64,000 nucleotides of DNA from Nitrosopumilus sp. (GTDB lineage Archaea; Thermoproteota; Nitrososphaeria; Nitrososphaerales; Nitrosopumilaceae): assembly GCA_965214775.1 (NCBI GenBank), contig OZ243974.1, forward strand, positions 1,088,001 through 1,152,000, written 5' to 3'. Shown here piece by piece: positions 21,423-32,605 of this stretch. The number at the start of each line of letters is the position of its first letter. Within the stretch, counting starts at the first letter, position 1. A program made the position numbers and the translations under genes. Under the pieces are notes generated by a model. The model saw nothing but the letters and a program-made list of their open reading frames with translations, was not told the origin of the DNA and did no database searches.

Positions 21423-21548
21423 AACGACCTGCCTTCATAGACCAGAAAATAACTCCGACAACCATCTAACATAAAAATACCATTTTTAATTAGTTGACAA
21501 TCATTAACTAATAGGAAATATTGATTTTCCAAGTACAGCGACGGTATT

Positions 21549-21625
21549 AGACTTGTGCGTAATCAGTGCAGATCAAAAAAATCAGGCAGCTTTTATGCCA
21601 TTTTTGGCAAATACGCATAAAGTCT
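21549..21625. mobile_element. MITE family H (IS5/ISL2-derived)
   Basis: AGACTT...AAGTCT ends with ATT duplication; related copies near 41529-41609 and 51627-51706. Confidence 0.8.
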
Positions 21626-22217
21626 ATTTTACATAGAACCCAATCAAGAAAACTCCAACATTCCTCAATTTTGCAGAATCACATTTTATGCATAAAAAAG
21701 AATGGAAGGAATATTGTAAGTGTTCCAATCGCTTTCTGCCATATTTCTGCGGTTCTTAGCGAAGTATGTGAATCCGCATCTGGCCCTGATCTACATAGAT
21801 CAGGCGTGCAAAAGAGCAAAAATTCTGAAAAACATACAGATTGAGCCAAATAAACGGAGTTAGGAAACAGCGGCCGTAAAACCACCCGAATGGACGTGTC
21901 TGGTCTCACAAAAGTGCAAGATGCAAAGGATCCCGGCATTCTTCAAGCAGTGACGGCGGCGGCATCAGGCCCAAGTCCCGCGGACGAAAAATCAAAAGTA
22001 CACAGCCACTATCCAGGAATCAAAAAAAAAAAAATGAAATGTGCCAAAAACAGTCTGGGCAGACAGATCAGACAGGTTGAATTGAACCAAACAGGACAGG
22101 TGCAGGAATTAATCCAGCTGGCATACGTTTCTCACAAATAGCCACACACCCCTGCAAGCCTCCTCAAATCATCATAACGAGCCGGTTGTGATACGGTGGA
22201 ATTTCATTTTTAATTTC

Positions 22218-22868
22218 TTAAATTTCATTTAGTTTGTAGTGTTTGCAGCTTGTTTTTATCTTGCAAACGCTGCACATCGGCGAGATTGGTTTGCAGATAT
22301 TCTGCCCATACATGACAAACGTATCATTAATGTCAATCCAAAACTTTCTTGGAATTTTTTTCATTAGTTCCTGTTCGGTGTCTTCTGGAGTTTTTGTCTC
22401 GACCAGGCCAAGCCTGTTTGAAATTCTGTGAACGTGAATGTCAACGGGAATTGCAGGCTTTTCAAATGCATATACCAGCACGCAGTTTGCCGTCTTCCTT
22501 CCAACCCCGGGTAATTTCACCAGAGTCTCCAAGTCATCAGGCACAACTCCCTTGTGTTCGGAGTCGATGATTCTGGCAACCTCGATGATTCTCCTTGATT
22601 TTACACGATAGAATCCGATCGGCTTGATAATCTTTTCAACGTCTCTGATTTTGGCATTTGCCAATGCCTTTGCGTTTTTGTACTTGGAAAACAGGACCTT
22701 GACAACCTTGGTTGTACTTTCATCTTTGGTTCTTGCAGATAGTATGGTTCCAATCAGGATGCTAAAAGGACCCCCGGTTTCAGCTTCATGAAGCTCTCTT
22801 AGTGCAGTCATTCGTGGGGGTTTTACTGAGTTCATCGTATTTACCATTCCGCGAAGAATTTGTCGCAT
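22218..22868 (-). CDS. nth: Endonuclease III
   Basis: LPGVGRKTA, VDIHVHRI, C-x6-C-x2-C-x5-C cluster. Confidence 0.93.
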   Translation of the reverse strand: MRQILRGMVNTMNSVKPPRMTALRELHEAETGGPFSILIGTILSARTKDESTTKVVKVLFSKYKNAKALANAKIRDVEKIIKPIGFYRVKSRRIIEVARIIDSEHKGVVPDDLETLVKLPGVGRKTANCVLVYAFEKPAIPVDIHVHRISNRLGLVETKTPEDTEQELMKKIPRKFWIDINDTFVMYGQNICKPISPMCSVCKIKTSCKHYKLNEI

Positions 22869-22922
22869 TACAGTATGATTGTCTGCGTACAAGTATTATA
22901 TCTGTACCAGGCAAATGATTTG

Positions 22923-24101
22923 TTGGAGCTGACCAGAGAAGAAGAATCTGCGCTAAAAGGAGAGCAGGGAGAGATCATGCAGATGGCATATAGAATTCTT
23001 GTTGCAACCGGAGAGGCGACAGACGCAGAAAGGCTTGTCCCAATCAAATGGGCCCACTTGTCTGGGGTAAACTATAACACAATCGGGGATACGGGCCAAG
23101 AGCTTCTGTCCGGCATTGCTAACAAGGGCACACGAGTCAGAGTCAGGACAACGTTAAACCCAATGGGATTTGACATTGACAGTGTTTCAAACTATAATCT
23201 GGACGAAAACTTTGTTTCAAAACAGCTTTTGATTAAAAAGTCATACGAGGCAATGGGAGTTGCGCCGTCATTTTCATGCATTCCCTATGAGATATTTGAC
23301 ATTCCAGAGAAGGGTACGCAGGTTGCCTTTGCCGAAAGCAATGCGGCCATTCATGCAAATTCGTATGACGGCATAAAAACAAACAAGGAGAGCGCCTTTA
23401 GCGCACTTGCAAGCGCAATTACCGGAAAGAGTCCGTACTCTTTACTGCGAAAAAATGATGATGGTGGTCTGCCGGACATTACAATACGGATGAAAGTCAG
23501 CAATCCTGATGAGCTGACATATGGGATGCTGGGATTTTTTGCCGGAAAAATCGCAGATACATCGGTGAGCATTTCCGGACTCGGAGAGACAGATACGCGT
23601 CAATCCAAGGCCATGTGCGGCGGAATGGGCACGTCTGGAACGTGTGCAAAATTTCTGTTTGGAGACACCATGGAAGGAGAAGGACCAGGTGTGGAGAGGG
23701 TGGATTTTGATGAAAAAGAGATGCAAAACATCCACGATGAGCTAAGTTCTGCTGAGAAGGGGGACATCATCACGTTGGGAAGCCCGCAGCTGGGATTAGA
23801 AGAGATTTCCGACCTGGCAGGGAAGCTAAAGGGAAGATCCTTTCAGAAAAGATGCATGATATTTGTCCCGCGGACTGTAAAAGAACGGGCAAAAAAGATT
23901 GGATACATAAATGAATTAGAAAGGGCCGGATGCGAGATACTTGCAGACTGTTGCACATGTCTGACCCCGTTGATTAGCAAAGAGCAGGTTGATGCCGTTA
24001 CGACAAACAGCATCAAGGGTGCGTTTTATTTGAAAAATTCAAACGGCGTTAACGTAAATCTAAAACCGCTCTCAGAGATAGTGGAAGATGAAACGAGATG
24101 A
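22923..24101 (+). CDS. Aconitase X catalytic subunit (probable phosphomevalonate dehydratase large subunit)
   Basis: LELTREEE, SCIPY, AESNA, GSPQ, TNSIKG; paired with the swivel subunit. Confidence 0.85.
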   Translation: MELTREEESALKGEQGEIMQMAYRILVATGEATDAERLVPIKWAHLSGVNYNTIGDTGQELLSGIANKGTRVRVRTTLNPMGFDIDSVSNYNLDENFVSKQLLIKKSYEAMGVAPSFSCIPYEIFDIPEKGTQVAFAESNAAIHANSYDGIKTNKESAFSALASAITGKSPYSLLRKNDDGGLPDITIRMKVSNPDELTYGMLGFFAGKIADTSVSISGLGETDTRQSKAMCGGMGTSGTCAKFLFGDTMEGEGPGVERVDFDEKEMQNIHDELSSAEKGDIITLGSPQLGLEEISDLAGKLKGRSFQKRCMIFVPRTVKERAKKIGYINELERAGCEILADCCTCLTPLISKEQVDAVTTNSIKGAFYLKNSNGVNVNLKPLSEIVEDETR

Positions 24102-24487
24102 AAAAAGTTCTGGTAAACGGCAACGTTTGTGGAACAGTTCTAAAAACAGAAATGCCAATTAATTTTCTGGGAACAGTCGACAAGAAGACAGGAATAATCG
24201 GCGATAAAAACCACGAGCTGTTCCAAAAATCAATCAAGGATTCGATGCTCTTGTTTCCCTCGGGAATCGGAAGCAGTGTGGGCGCATATACCATCTACTC
24301 GATCAAATCAAACAGCTCGGCGCCACTGGCAATGATCTGCAAAAAGGCAGATCTTACCGTTGCGACAGGATGCGCACTTGCAAACATTCCGCTAGTGGTC
24401 ATTTCAGAAGAAGATTTTTCCTCACTCAAAACCGGCGAAAGGATCCAGCTGGATACCGAATCCAAAAAAATCATTAAAAAGGGCTAG
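24098..24487 (+). CDS. Aconitase X swivel (small) subunit
   Basis: INFLG.VD..TG, GSSVG; ATGA overlap. Confidence 0.85.
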   Translation: MKKVLVNGNVCGTVLKTEMPINFLGTVDKKTGIIGDKNHELFQKSIKDSMLLFPSGIGSSVGAYTIYSIKSNSSAPLAMICKKADLTVATGCALANIPLVVISEEDFSSLKTGERIQLDTESKKIIKKG

Positions 24488-25173
24488 CTGCTACGTTTTT
24501 TTGTAATAAATAAAAAGCCTACAATTCCACCAATGCCTGCTGCCACATAAAAGGGGAACAGGGCAAACGTGTTCTTTGAAGGATCGCCGGAAAGAAACTC
24601 AATTACCAGTTCTCCGGAGTTTGCTGCAGGGGGGTCAGTAGAGCCTTCCATTCCGTGGGTGGAATACGCATCGATTGCAAAAACGCCGATATCCAGATTG
24701 GTAACGACAATTCGGGCGCCATTATTTACGGTTAGGCCGGCACGATCCGTATAGGATACGATTGATTTTGCCTGGGGGTACCACCCGCGATCCAGGTCTC
24801 TGTGTACGACGACGTATCCTTCTTTTGGGGTTTGAACTGCAACCCAAAATTTGTTATCAGGATGGGAGCCCATGCCTACCTCGATGAATTCATCATGCGT
24901 CTCAACGTCGTAAAATCTCAGTACCGCGTTTCCGTCAGGATTTGCATACAGCAAATTGTTGTCAATTGTCACCTGCCAGCTCACAGCGTGGACTTGATCC
25001 AGTTTTACTGTCGGCGCGTCTCGTAAAACCCGGTTAAATTCATCAGAGGGGATTTCAATACTGTCAATTATCAGTGAGGGATTTTTCAGTTCCTGGGCAA
25101 AGGCCGGATCCACAGACGTTGCCGTTGTTATCATTATTCCTGCCAATAAGATTGGAAGAAACGGACATTTCAC
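24484..25173 (-). CDS. Secreted, membrane-anchored hypothetical protein
   Basis: Signal peptide ending AFAQ; C-terminal TM with basic tail. Confidence 0.7.
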   Translation of the reverse strand: MKCPFLPILLAGIMITTATSVDPAFAQELKNPSLIIDSIEIPSDEFNRVLRDAPTVKLDQVHAVSWQVTIDNNLLYANPDGNAVLRFYDVETHDEFIEVGMGSHPDNKFWVAVQTPKEGYVVVHRDLDRGWYPQAKSIVSYTDRAGLTVNNGARIVVTNLDIGVFAIDAYSTHGMEGSTDPPAANSGELVIEFLSGDPSKNTFALFPFYVAAGIGGIVGFLFITKKRSS

Positions 25174-25203
25174 AAGCTAAAAGCCACCTGATTGAATAAA
25201 TAT

Positions 25204-26379
25204 CTAATCGACAAAGGGCTTTGGATGATCCAAAATTACCTTGGCAACCTCCGGTCTTAGGATAAATTTGGATGGGGATTCTCCATTCTGAATCATTTCT
25301 CTTAGTTTGGTTCCGCTGATCTGTTCCTTTTGATCATCGCCACACGGACATGCCTTTGGCGTGGTGTATGTAAGGCATCTCTTGCAATAGAAAAAGGCCG
25401 GGAAGAATACCGGTGAAATTTCAAGCTCCGGATAATCGTCAAATATTTTTTGGGCCGCAAACGGATCGTAAAACTTTCCAACCCCTGCATGATCCCTTCC
25501 GATAATTATGTGAGTACAGCCATAATTCTGCCTCATAATTGCATGATGAATGGCCTCTTTTGGTCCGGCATATTTCATTTCAGTGTGCAATGTTCCAAGA
25601 CGACATCTGTTTTCCGGATAGTACAGCTTTATCATTGTCTCATAGCACCTTACTATTACTTCATCAACAAAGTCCCCGGACTTTTTCTTTCCGATGATCG
25701 GATTTACAAACACGCCATCGCGGGTAGTGATTGACGTTTTTTGCAACATTTCATGGGCTACATGTGGCGGATTTCTGGTTTGGAACGCACAGATTGTCTC
25801 CCATCCGGCCCGGGCAAAAGATTCCCTTGTTTGAACCGGCGTTAGCCTGTTCTTTCTGATTTCTGTCTCTTCTGGCCTCTGAATATAATCGATTTTTCCA
25901 CCAACAAGAAAATCTTTCATTGACATCGTTTTTGCAACGCCGGGATGTGCGGTATCAGCAGTGCCATAAACTCCTTGAGAGGTTTTTTCCTTGTCAAAAG
26001 GATATACCTCATCAACATGAATTACGGCGATTCTGAGACCTGAGGGATTCTGTAGGAGCACATCGCCGGATTCCTTCATCCTTGATCCGGTCTCTTCATC
26101 TACATCAAGTACGACAGGAATTGTCCATGCCAGATCATTTGACAGTCTTCCCCGGGAGACAACGCTTTGAAAATCAGCTTTTCCTAAAAATCCCTCCAAT
26201 GGACTAAAAATCCCATCTGCAATATTTTCAACATCATTGGCAAGATCCTCTGTAATCGTAACAGAATACAGTCCAGAAAAAGAAGAATCGACCTTAGAAT
26301 GCCTGTTTACCAAAACCCCACCATGCGGTCTAATCTGGCGGTTCTTCTCCTTCTCCTTTTCCTCATTCTTCTCTAACAT
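25204..26379 (-). CDS. sat: Sulfate adenylyltransferase
   Basis: [30 protein letters not shown]. Confidence 0.95.
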   Translation of the reverse strand: MLEKNEEKEKEKNRQIRPHGGVLVNRHSKVDSSFSGLYSVTITEDLANDVENIADGIFSPLEGFLGKADFQSVVSRGRLSNDLAWTIPVVLDVDEETGSRMKESGDVLLQNPSGLRIAVIHVDEVYPFDKEKTSQGVYGTADTAHPGVAKTMSMKDFLVGGKIDYIQRPEETEIRKNRLTPVQTRESFARAGWETICAFQTRNPPHVAHEMLQKTSITTRDGVFVNPIIGKKKSGDFVDEVIVRCYETMIKLYYPENRCRLGTLHTEMKYAGPKEAIHHAIMRQNYGCTHIIIGRDHAGVGKFYDPFAAQKIFDDYPELEISPVFFPAFFYCKRCLTYTTPKACPCGDDQKEQISGTKLREMIQNGESPSKFILRPEVAKVILDHPKPFVD

Positions 26380-26386
26380 GCTGCTA

Positions 26387-27109
26387 CTAGTCCGTCCTTT
26401 TGCGCTCTATATGAAGGCCGCACTCCTTATGCCCGCCCTGTTCCCACCACCACCGGCCTGCACGAAGGTCCTCGCCCGGCCTGATCGGTCTAGTGCACGG
26501 TTCACACCCAATACTTGGATATCCCTTGTCTAGCAGACTGTTGTAGGGAAGACTGTTCTTTTTGATATATTCCTGAACCTGATCCCACGACCAATCAATT
26601 ATTGGATTAATCTTTAGAATTCCTCCGTGTGAGTGATCCAGCTGGAAGACAGTAACGTCTCGTAATTTCGTTTGTTTGCGCCTCAATCCGGTTATCCATC
26701 CGTCAAGCGTACCGAGCATCTTGTTCATTGGGTGGACTTTGCGAATTTCACAGCACAGTTCTCTGTTCTCTACACTGTCATAAAATAAATTCAGGCCTTT
26801 GGCATTTACCATTTCTTCGACTTCTTTTGTATCGGGAAACAGGACTTCGATTGAAATATTGTATTTTTTTCTTACAGTATCCATGATGTCATAGGTCTCT
26901 TGAGGCAGTCTGCCGGTATCCAGAGTAAAAAATCTAAAATCGGGGCTTGTCTTAACCATCAAATCCGTTATTACGGCGTCCTCTGCACCAAAACTAGAGG
27001 CCTTTGCGACCCTAGGGTGAAGATTATCCAAAGCCCACCGGAGTGCTTCTTGGGCAGTAGTAATTGTGGAGTTAAGCTCGTCTACTTGCTCTTGAGAGAA
27101 TCTGACCAC
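26387..27109 (-). CDS. cysH: APS/PAPS reductase
   Basis: [30 protein letters not shown]; GTG start at 27109. Confidence 0.92.
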   Translation of the reverse strand: MVRFSQEQVDELNSTITTAQEALRWALDNLHPRVAKASSFGAEDAVITDLMVKTSPDFRFFTLDTGRLPQETYDIMDTVRKKYNISIEVLFPDTKEVEEMVNAKGLNLFYDSVENRELCCEIRKVHPMNKMLGTLDGWITGLRRKQTKLRDVTVFQLDHSHGGILKINPIIDWSWDQVQEYIKKNSLPYNSLLDKGYPSIGCEPCTRPIRPGEDLRAGRWWWEQGGHKECGLHIERKRTD

Positions 27110-27165
27110 AATTTCATGCAACCTAGTTGTCTTATATTGATTACCCGGGATTTGCTCTAAATCAC

Positions 27166-27287
27166 AAGTCTTTCCAAAAGCAATCCAAAAAGCGGCTCCA
27201 AGCTTGAAACAACTCAAACCAAACTGTCTGCAGATCCGCACATCGCCGTCTCTACTACCATGAACTGTGTACATCTTGGGAAGACTG
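27166..27287. mobile_element. MITE family B
   Basis: Family B core and GGGAAGACTG end. Confidence 0.8.
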
Positions 27288-27455
27288 TATAACAGTCTTC
27301 CCAAAAGCTCCCAGCAAAACGGCTCCAAGTTTGACGTAATTCGGAGTATGCTGTCTGCAGATCCGCCGCCGCCTGCACCACCATGATTCTGGTTACATTT
27401 GGGAAGACTGAGCGGATCAGTCATCGTTAAAAGCAGGAAGACCGCAACATAAGGC

Positions 27456-27593
27456 ATGCCCAAGACAGAGCAGGTCGACGACCTGACCCCGGAGGAGATC
27501 AGCGCCATTGACGAATTCTATGCAAGCGACGAGGGCAAGGTGACATTCGAGCCTCACGAGGATGTTATAAAGTGGCTACATGATCAAGATTAA
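27456..27593 (+). CDS. 45-aa acidic putative antitoxin (absent from the ORF track)
   Basis: MPKTEQVDDLTPEEISAIDEFYASDEGKVTFEPHEDVIKWLHDQD; TAATG coupling to the toxin gene. Confidence 0.75.
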   Translation: MPKTEQVDDLTPEEISAIDEFYASDEGKVTFEPHEDVIKWLHDQD

Positions 27594-27859
27594 TGACTCG
27601 GTGGAAGACTGTCCTTGGGAAGAGATTTCTAAAACAGTACAAAAGCCTCGATGCGCGGATCAGGCAGAGGGCAGATCACGCGATTGAAGAACTAAAAAAC
27701 TCCGATAGCCCGGCAGCACTGGGAAGATGGAAGCAGCACAAACGTGTGTTTACGTATAATGTGGGAAAGTACAGGATCATATACAGTATTGACCGGGGCA
27801 ATAACGCAATCGAGTTTCTCTATGTGGGCGATCACAAGCCCGTATACGGCAAGGACTAG
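27593..27859 (+). CDS. RelE/ParE-family toxin
   Basis: FLKQYKSL, GKYRIIY, VGDH..VY. Confidence 0.85.
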   Translation: MTRWKTVLGKRFLKQYKSLDARIRQRADHAIEELKNSDSPAALGRWKQHKRVFTYNVGKYRIIYSIDRGNNAIEFLYVGDHKPVYGKD

Positions 27860-28021
27860 ACATCAATGCCGGGTCTTTCCAGATGCACGCAGCTCGTGGC
27901 GGTGCAGGCGGCTACGTACGGATCTGCAGGCGGCCTGGCTTGTATTGTTTTAAGTTTGGAGCCGCTTGTCGGGTTACATTTGGGAAGGCTGTATAAGTAA
28001 GCTAGTTTAAAAATAGAGAAT

Positions 28022-29128
28022 ATGGACGAAATTTCGTATATAGTGGTGTTTCCAACTATTTTTTCAAAAAATAAAATCCCGCAATTAATAGAAAACATTG
28101 AAAAAATTTTAAAGATGAAAAACTTGGAATTTAAATCCGTAAGGCGAGATGGAGAAATAATTCTGGTTGATGCAAATGATCCTGTTTTTGCATCATCGGC
28201 AATCAATCTCCTGTTTGGAATTGAAAAAATTGCCATTGCAAGAAAAACAAGAAACAATTTTCAGGCTCTGGTATCAGAAATAGCATCAGTAGGGGGCAAT
28301 CTCCTCTTAAGAGGAGAAAAATTTCTAGTAAAAGTGGAAGGCACGTCAAAGGGATATCTTCCCAAGGACGTTGAGATTGCAGCTACTGCGGACATTATTG
28401 AAAACAAGTCAAATCTTGGCGCACGGCCCGGAACTGATGAAAAATATGACAAGCTACTATATGCCTATCTGACAAAAAATAATTCCTACGTATCCATCTT
28501 CTCTGATAAGGGAAATGGCGGGGTTCCGTACAAATCTCAGGCAGAAAAAACCATCTGTGCAATATATGACGAGCTTTCTGCAATATCGTGCTATGAGACG
28601 ATCAAGCAGGGCTATGACACAAGAATCATAGTCTGTTACAGACAAAAATCAGAATTGACAGGTTTGGTTAAAATTCTAAATCAGATAATCCCCAGGCTGG
28701 TCCAAAACGAAATAAAAATGGAGTTTTATAATCTGAAAGTTAATTCCGGCCGAACGAAAAATTACCTGCTTTATGTGAGCTCGATTCTCTGCCTGTTGCT
28801 GGAGCAAGCTGAAAAAAGAGTTTCTTTGGCATTATCGCCGCAAATTTTTTCATCTGATTTTATTGACGCTTCTCTAGAACAGGTCTTTGAAAACAAAAAA
28901 ATCCCATTTCTGCCGCTTGCAGGGGCAGATTCGGAACTGTTTGCAGTCGCCAAGGAAATAGCAGTACGGGAGAGAAATCTTGGGAAACTAGAAAAGATTA
29001 TCGCCGCAAATCCCAAGGGAATTCCCAAAGTATCAAAAAAGATCGTAGATGATTCCCTAAGAACGAGAAAAGAGGTCTCCGTTCAAATAGGCCCAAATAA
29101 CGTCCATGATATCTTGGATTCCCTATAG
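28022..29128 (+). CDS. THUMP-domain ThiI-like protein
   Basis: LFGIE, F.VKVEG, GGVP; catalytic motif appears degenerate. Confidence 0.65.
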   Translation: MDEISYIVVFPTIFSKNKIPQLIENIEKILKMKNLEFKSVRRDGEIILVDANDPVFASSAINLLFGIEKIAIARKTRNNFQALVSEIASVGGNLLLRGEKFLVKVEGTSKGYLPKDVEIAATADIIENKSNLGARPGTDEKYDKLLYAYLTKNNSYVSIFSDKGNGGVPYKSQAEKTICAIYDELSAISCYETIKQGYDTRIIVCYRQKSELTGLVKILNQIIPRLVQNEIKMEFYNLKVNSGRTKNYLLYVSSILCLLLEQAEKRVSLALSPQIFSSDFIDASLEQVFENKKIPFLPLAGADSELFAVAKEIAVRERNLGKLEKIIAANPKGIPKVSKKIVDDSLRTRKEVSVQIGPNNVHDILDSL

Positions 29129-29176
29129 CGGCACGCGAATCATTCAGAATTTAAACAGTATACTCTGCTTTAAAGT

Positions 29177-30418
29177 GTGCTCAAAATAGGAGAGTTCATC
29201 TATCCGTGGGGAAGTGGCCATTACTCGAGAATGATGAGGCTCAATGATGTCCTGGGAGACCATGTAAAAGGAGAATTTGAGGTCCATCTCTCAAGCAAGG
29301 ATCATGTTTATGAGAAATTACTGAAAAGATTTCCAGACAAAAAAGAAAAAATTCATGAGATTTTAATGCCGACTCCGGTTGATGGAAAGTTTGGCCCTAG
29401 CGTTTCAATGTCTTTGATGAATTTGCTGTTGCCGATTTCTAAAAATCAGCCGCTAGTAAGGCAGATTGCAAACTACTTGAGAGAAGAAAGAAAGCTCTAC
29501 AATGAGGAAAAATTTGATCTGGTTATAAATGACGGAGACATGGGATCAAACATTCTTGCAAAAAATCGGGGCATTCCCAGTTTGTTTGTTACAAATCAGT
29601 TCAAGCCAAAACTCCATAACACAAGATCGTACCTTTATCCGCCACTGGTTTTTATCGCAAAACAAATCGCAAAGGCATCAAAAATTTTGGTGGCAGATTC
29701 GCCACCGCCATACACAATGTGTCAATACAACCTGAATTTTATCGACGAGATAAATGACAAGGTAGTCTATGTGGGCCATTTCACAAATTCAGAAAAACCT
29801 GACAAAGATAGCACGTCAGATCTTCAAAGACTTATTCGGGATAATAATGGCGAGTTTGGATACTGGATGAGAACAGGAAACAGGTCGACAAACGACGGCA
29901 CGGGGCAAAGATATGAAAAAGTCTTTCATCAAAACGAAATGAAGAAAGAAAGGAGGATCATATCACATGCAAGAGACGATCCGGCAATTGACTCGGTAAC
30001 CGGGATGGACGGGAGGAAATACTCTGTATCAGAAGCCTTGGAGAGAAAAATTGATTGGATACAAATTGATATTGGCTTTCTTTCAGAGCAAGAAAAGGAT
30101 ACGGTTTTGGATTTGTGCAGATATGCCGTTGTAAATGGATCGCATACTGTAATGGGAGAGATCATGGGCGGAAAGTCAAAACCAATCATAGGACTTCCGG
30201 TTTATGACGAGCATACAAACAACATAAGATGGGCCGATGAGAAAAACTTGGGGGTTCTTGCTACAAAAACCAAGGAAGTAACAAGGGCAATTTCCAGAAT
30301 TAAGGGAAATTATGAGGAATTTGAGGGAAATTTGAAGGATTTCTCGAAAAATTTCATATCTGCAGGGGCAGAAAATTCAGCCAAAATCGCCGCAGCGGTT
30401 TTAGAAGAAAAGAGATAA
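29177..30418 (+). CDS. GT-B glycosyltransferase (GT28-like)
   Basis: GSGHYSR, DLVINDG, GSHTVMGE. Confidence 0.8.
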   Translation: MLKIGEFIYPWGSGHYSRMMRLNDVLGDHVKGEFEVHLSSKDHVYEKLLKRFPDKKEKIHEILMPTPVDGKFGPSVSMSLMNLLLPISKNQPLVRQIANYLREERKLYNEEKFDLVINDGDMGSNILAKNRGIPSLFVTNQFKPKLHNTRSYLYPPLVFIAKQIAKASKILVADSPPPYTMCQYNLNFIDEINDKVVYVGHFTNSEKPDKDSTSDLQRLIRDNNGEFGYWMRTGNRSTNDGTGQRYEKVFHQNEMKKERRIISHARDDPAIDSVTGMDGRKYSVSEALERKIDWIQIDIGFLSEQEKDTVLDLCRYAVVNGSHTVMGEIMGGKSKPIIGLPVYDEHTNNIRWADEKNLGVLATKTKEVTRAISRIKGNYEEFEGNLKDFSKNFISAGAENSAKIAAAVLEEKR

Positions 30419-30573
30419 ATGTCATTTTTACAGTTTTTTACATCTGGCGCGCGGGATGTTCGATGGGCGAACGGACCGCAAGGGATGATGAAAAAATCCG
30501 CGTGTCAGACAAATATCGATCAATTTGGATTTTGGGAACGCTTTTATGGAAAAAATCAAGCCAAATCATCAGA

Positions 30574-30885
30574 GTGCCCAACTGTCCCGAATGTACAGCA
30601 AGAGAGAAAAAGAAGATTCAAGCAAAATATGAATCCGAAATAGCAGAGGAAGACAGAGACAAGCAGGAACTGTTCAAACTATTTGACGAAATTGACATCC
30701 CGATGAAGATGGACGAAAGAAATAGGCGGCATTTTGTCTGTAAAAGATGCGGTCTGTATGCAACCAGAGAGGAAGTTTCAGATATAAGATTCAGGCTGAA
30801 TCAAAAAGAAAAGACCAGGGAAGACAAGCATGATGATTACTTGAATTGGTGGTCAAAAAGCAAGAAAGAAAAAGCTGAAAACTAG
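30574..30885 (+). CDS. Zinc-finger hypothetical protein
   Basis: CPEC...CKRCG. Confidence 0.7.
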   Translation: MPNCPECTAREKKKIQAKYESEIAEEDRDKQELFKLFDEIDIPMKMDERNRRHFVCKRCGLYATREEVSDIRFRLNQKEKTREDKHDDYLNWWSKSKKEKAEN

Positions 30886-30896
30886 AGTGATGAACC

Positions 30897-31289
30897 GTGG
30901 CAAAGAAGAAAGATGAGATTCCAGACTGGGTTTCTGAAGAGATTCAAAATGCAAAATTCAAAAAACCCGAAGAATTAAAGAAATCCGGATATATCTTGGA
31001 GTTTTATTGTAAAGATAACAAAATTGATGTTCAACTGTACGATCCGGTGGAAGACGGAAGGCATATCGTAACTATGGACGTTCCTAAAACCGTCAAAATG
31101 GATGATTTGCTAAAGGGCGAAGTTTATGAATTTGTATTTGATCAACACAAGGCCCCATTAAGCAAAAAGGCTTCAGAATTTTTAGCCAGAGAAAAAGAGA
31201 TTGAAATGGAGGCAATATACCGGTTTGAATTAAAGTCATTAGATCTGTTGGATGTAGGCTCTGACTCTGCAGATGAAGATGATGAATAA
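30897..31289 (+). CDS. Hypothetical protein
   Basis: Co-oriented ORF with typical codon usage. Confidence 0.7.
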   Translation: MAKKKDEIPDWVSEEIQNAKFKKPEELKKSGYILEFYCKDNKIDVQLYDPVEDGRHIVTMDVPKTVKMDDLLKGEVYEFVFDQHKAPLSKKASEFLAREKEIEMEAIYRFELKSLDLLDVGSDSADEDDE

Positions 31290-31298
31290 CAACAACAG

Positions 31299-32102
31299 CT
31301 ATTTTCTGGAATAGCCTGGTTGGTTTTTGAATGATTTTCCCAAAACAGGGTTGATAAAAAATGGAAAAGTATGTTTTAGCCATACGGCAACCCTGGCAAT
31401 GGAGGGTACGGCAATCTCCAGTCTTGATGAGTTTGAAGCTCGTAAAATTGCCTTTGCAACAGTTTTTGGATCAAGTGAAGCCGGAGAATATTTTGGCATC
31501 ATTTCAAAAGAAGGATGATCAAAAAACTCGGTCCGTACCATGATGGGGCTGACGACAGTGATTCCCACTCCGGTGTCTTTGAGTTCGTGTTTGAGACCCT
31601 CTGAGAATCCCAGCACTGCAAACTTGGATGCACAGTATGAAGCAATTCCGGGCAGTCCAAAACTGGCAGCCAATGACGCAACGTTGACTATATGGCCAGA
31701 TTTTTTCTCCAGCATGGACGGTAGAAACGCCTTGATGCAGTATATCGTTCCAAAATAATTGGTGCCCATCTGAGATTCTATATCGTCAATTGAGAGTTCT
31801 GCTACAGAATCGTAAATTGCAAAGCCGGCATTATTAACCAAAATATCGACAGAAGAGAATTTTTCAAAGACAGCTTTTGACATCTCTGCGACATCTTCTC
31901 TGTTTGAAACATCGCAACTGCAAGCCACAGCCGTTATGTTGTTGAACTCTTTTAATCGATTTTCAACCTGTTTCAACCTTTCTTCGGTTCTGGCAACTAA
32001 AACCACGTTGGCTCCAAGTTTTCCAAATTCAATTGCAGCAGCTCTGCCAATTCCAGACGATGCGCCGGTAATCAGAACAGTCTTGTTTTTGAAATCCGCC
32101 AC
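31299..32102 (-). CDS. Short-chain dehydrogenase/reductase
   Basis: TGASSGIG, NNAG, YCASK. Confidence 0.93.
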   Translation of the reverse strand: MADFKNKTVLITGASSGIGRAAAIEFGKLGANVVLVARTEERLKQVENRLKEFNNITAVACSCDVSNREDVAEMSKAVFEKFSSVDILVNNAGFAIYDSVAELSIDDIESQMGTNYFGTIYCIKAFLPSMLEKKSGHIVNVASLAASFGLPGIASYCASKFAVLGFSEGLKHELKDTGVGITVVSPIMVRTEFFDHPSFEMMPKYSPASLDPKTVAKAILRASNSSRLEIAVPSIARVAVWLKHTFPFFINPVLGKSFKNQPGYSRK

Positions 32103-32496
32103 ACACTGACAAAATTATTTGGGGATAAAGCAGTTTCTGTTGGGTATTTTTTGCATAGAAACAGGGCTTGAGAGGCAAGTTATTCTCCTCCTCCTTCCAT
32201 GGGGCAAACATAGAGCCACCGGCAGCTGGCAGCAGTCCCAACCGGAAGAAAACAGCGTTTTGACTGGATTTGCAAGCCCTGTGGCATTCAAACTGAATTG
32301 ATATGTTCTTAAAACTCGTTTGGGATTTTTTTGCACTGCGGATTTCCACTGCATGATATACCTGACGGGGAATTTCTTTGATTTTGTCTGCGTATTCTTC
32401 TGCTTGTGCATGTTCGTCTTGGATCAGTAAAGGGATTCAATAAGAGCAATCCCTTCCATACGGGGAAGCAAAAGTTCCCGAAGATCAAACTCATCA

Positions 32497-32605
32497 TAAC
32501 AGATCGATCCCTGGAAGTTCAGGCATGAATTTTTTGTCACCAATGAATGCCGATCAAATGGAATCTGTGCCAAGTCAGAAACGGCTTCCAGAGCCCGATC
32601 AATTA
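32497..32605. mobile_element. MITE family D
   Basis: TAACAGATCG...CCCGATCAATTA inverted ends. Confidence 0.75.

Larger units (their letters stand above)
27293..27991. mobile_element. MITE-bounded composite transposon (B at 27293-27410, inverted B at 27871-27991) carrying a toxin-antitoxin pair
   Basis: 5-bp duplication TATAA at 27288-27292 and 27992-27996. Confidence 0.8.

Noticed and set aside
22022-22034. Poly-A tract as a phase-variation site
   Set aside because: Lies in degenerate intergenic sequence with no credible gene to switch.
27110-27508. Long N-terminal extension of CysH
   Set aside because: Chance open frame through two MITEs; homology starts near 27109.
32115-32497. Short ORFs upstream of the SDR gene
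   Set aside because: No recognisable family; several competing frames; probably decayed sequence.
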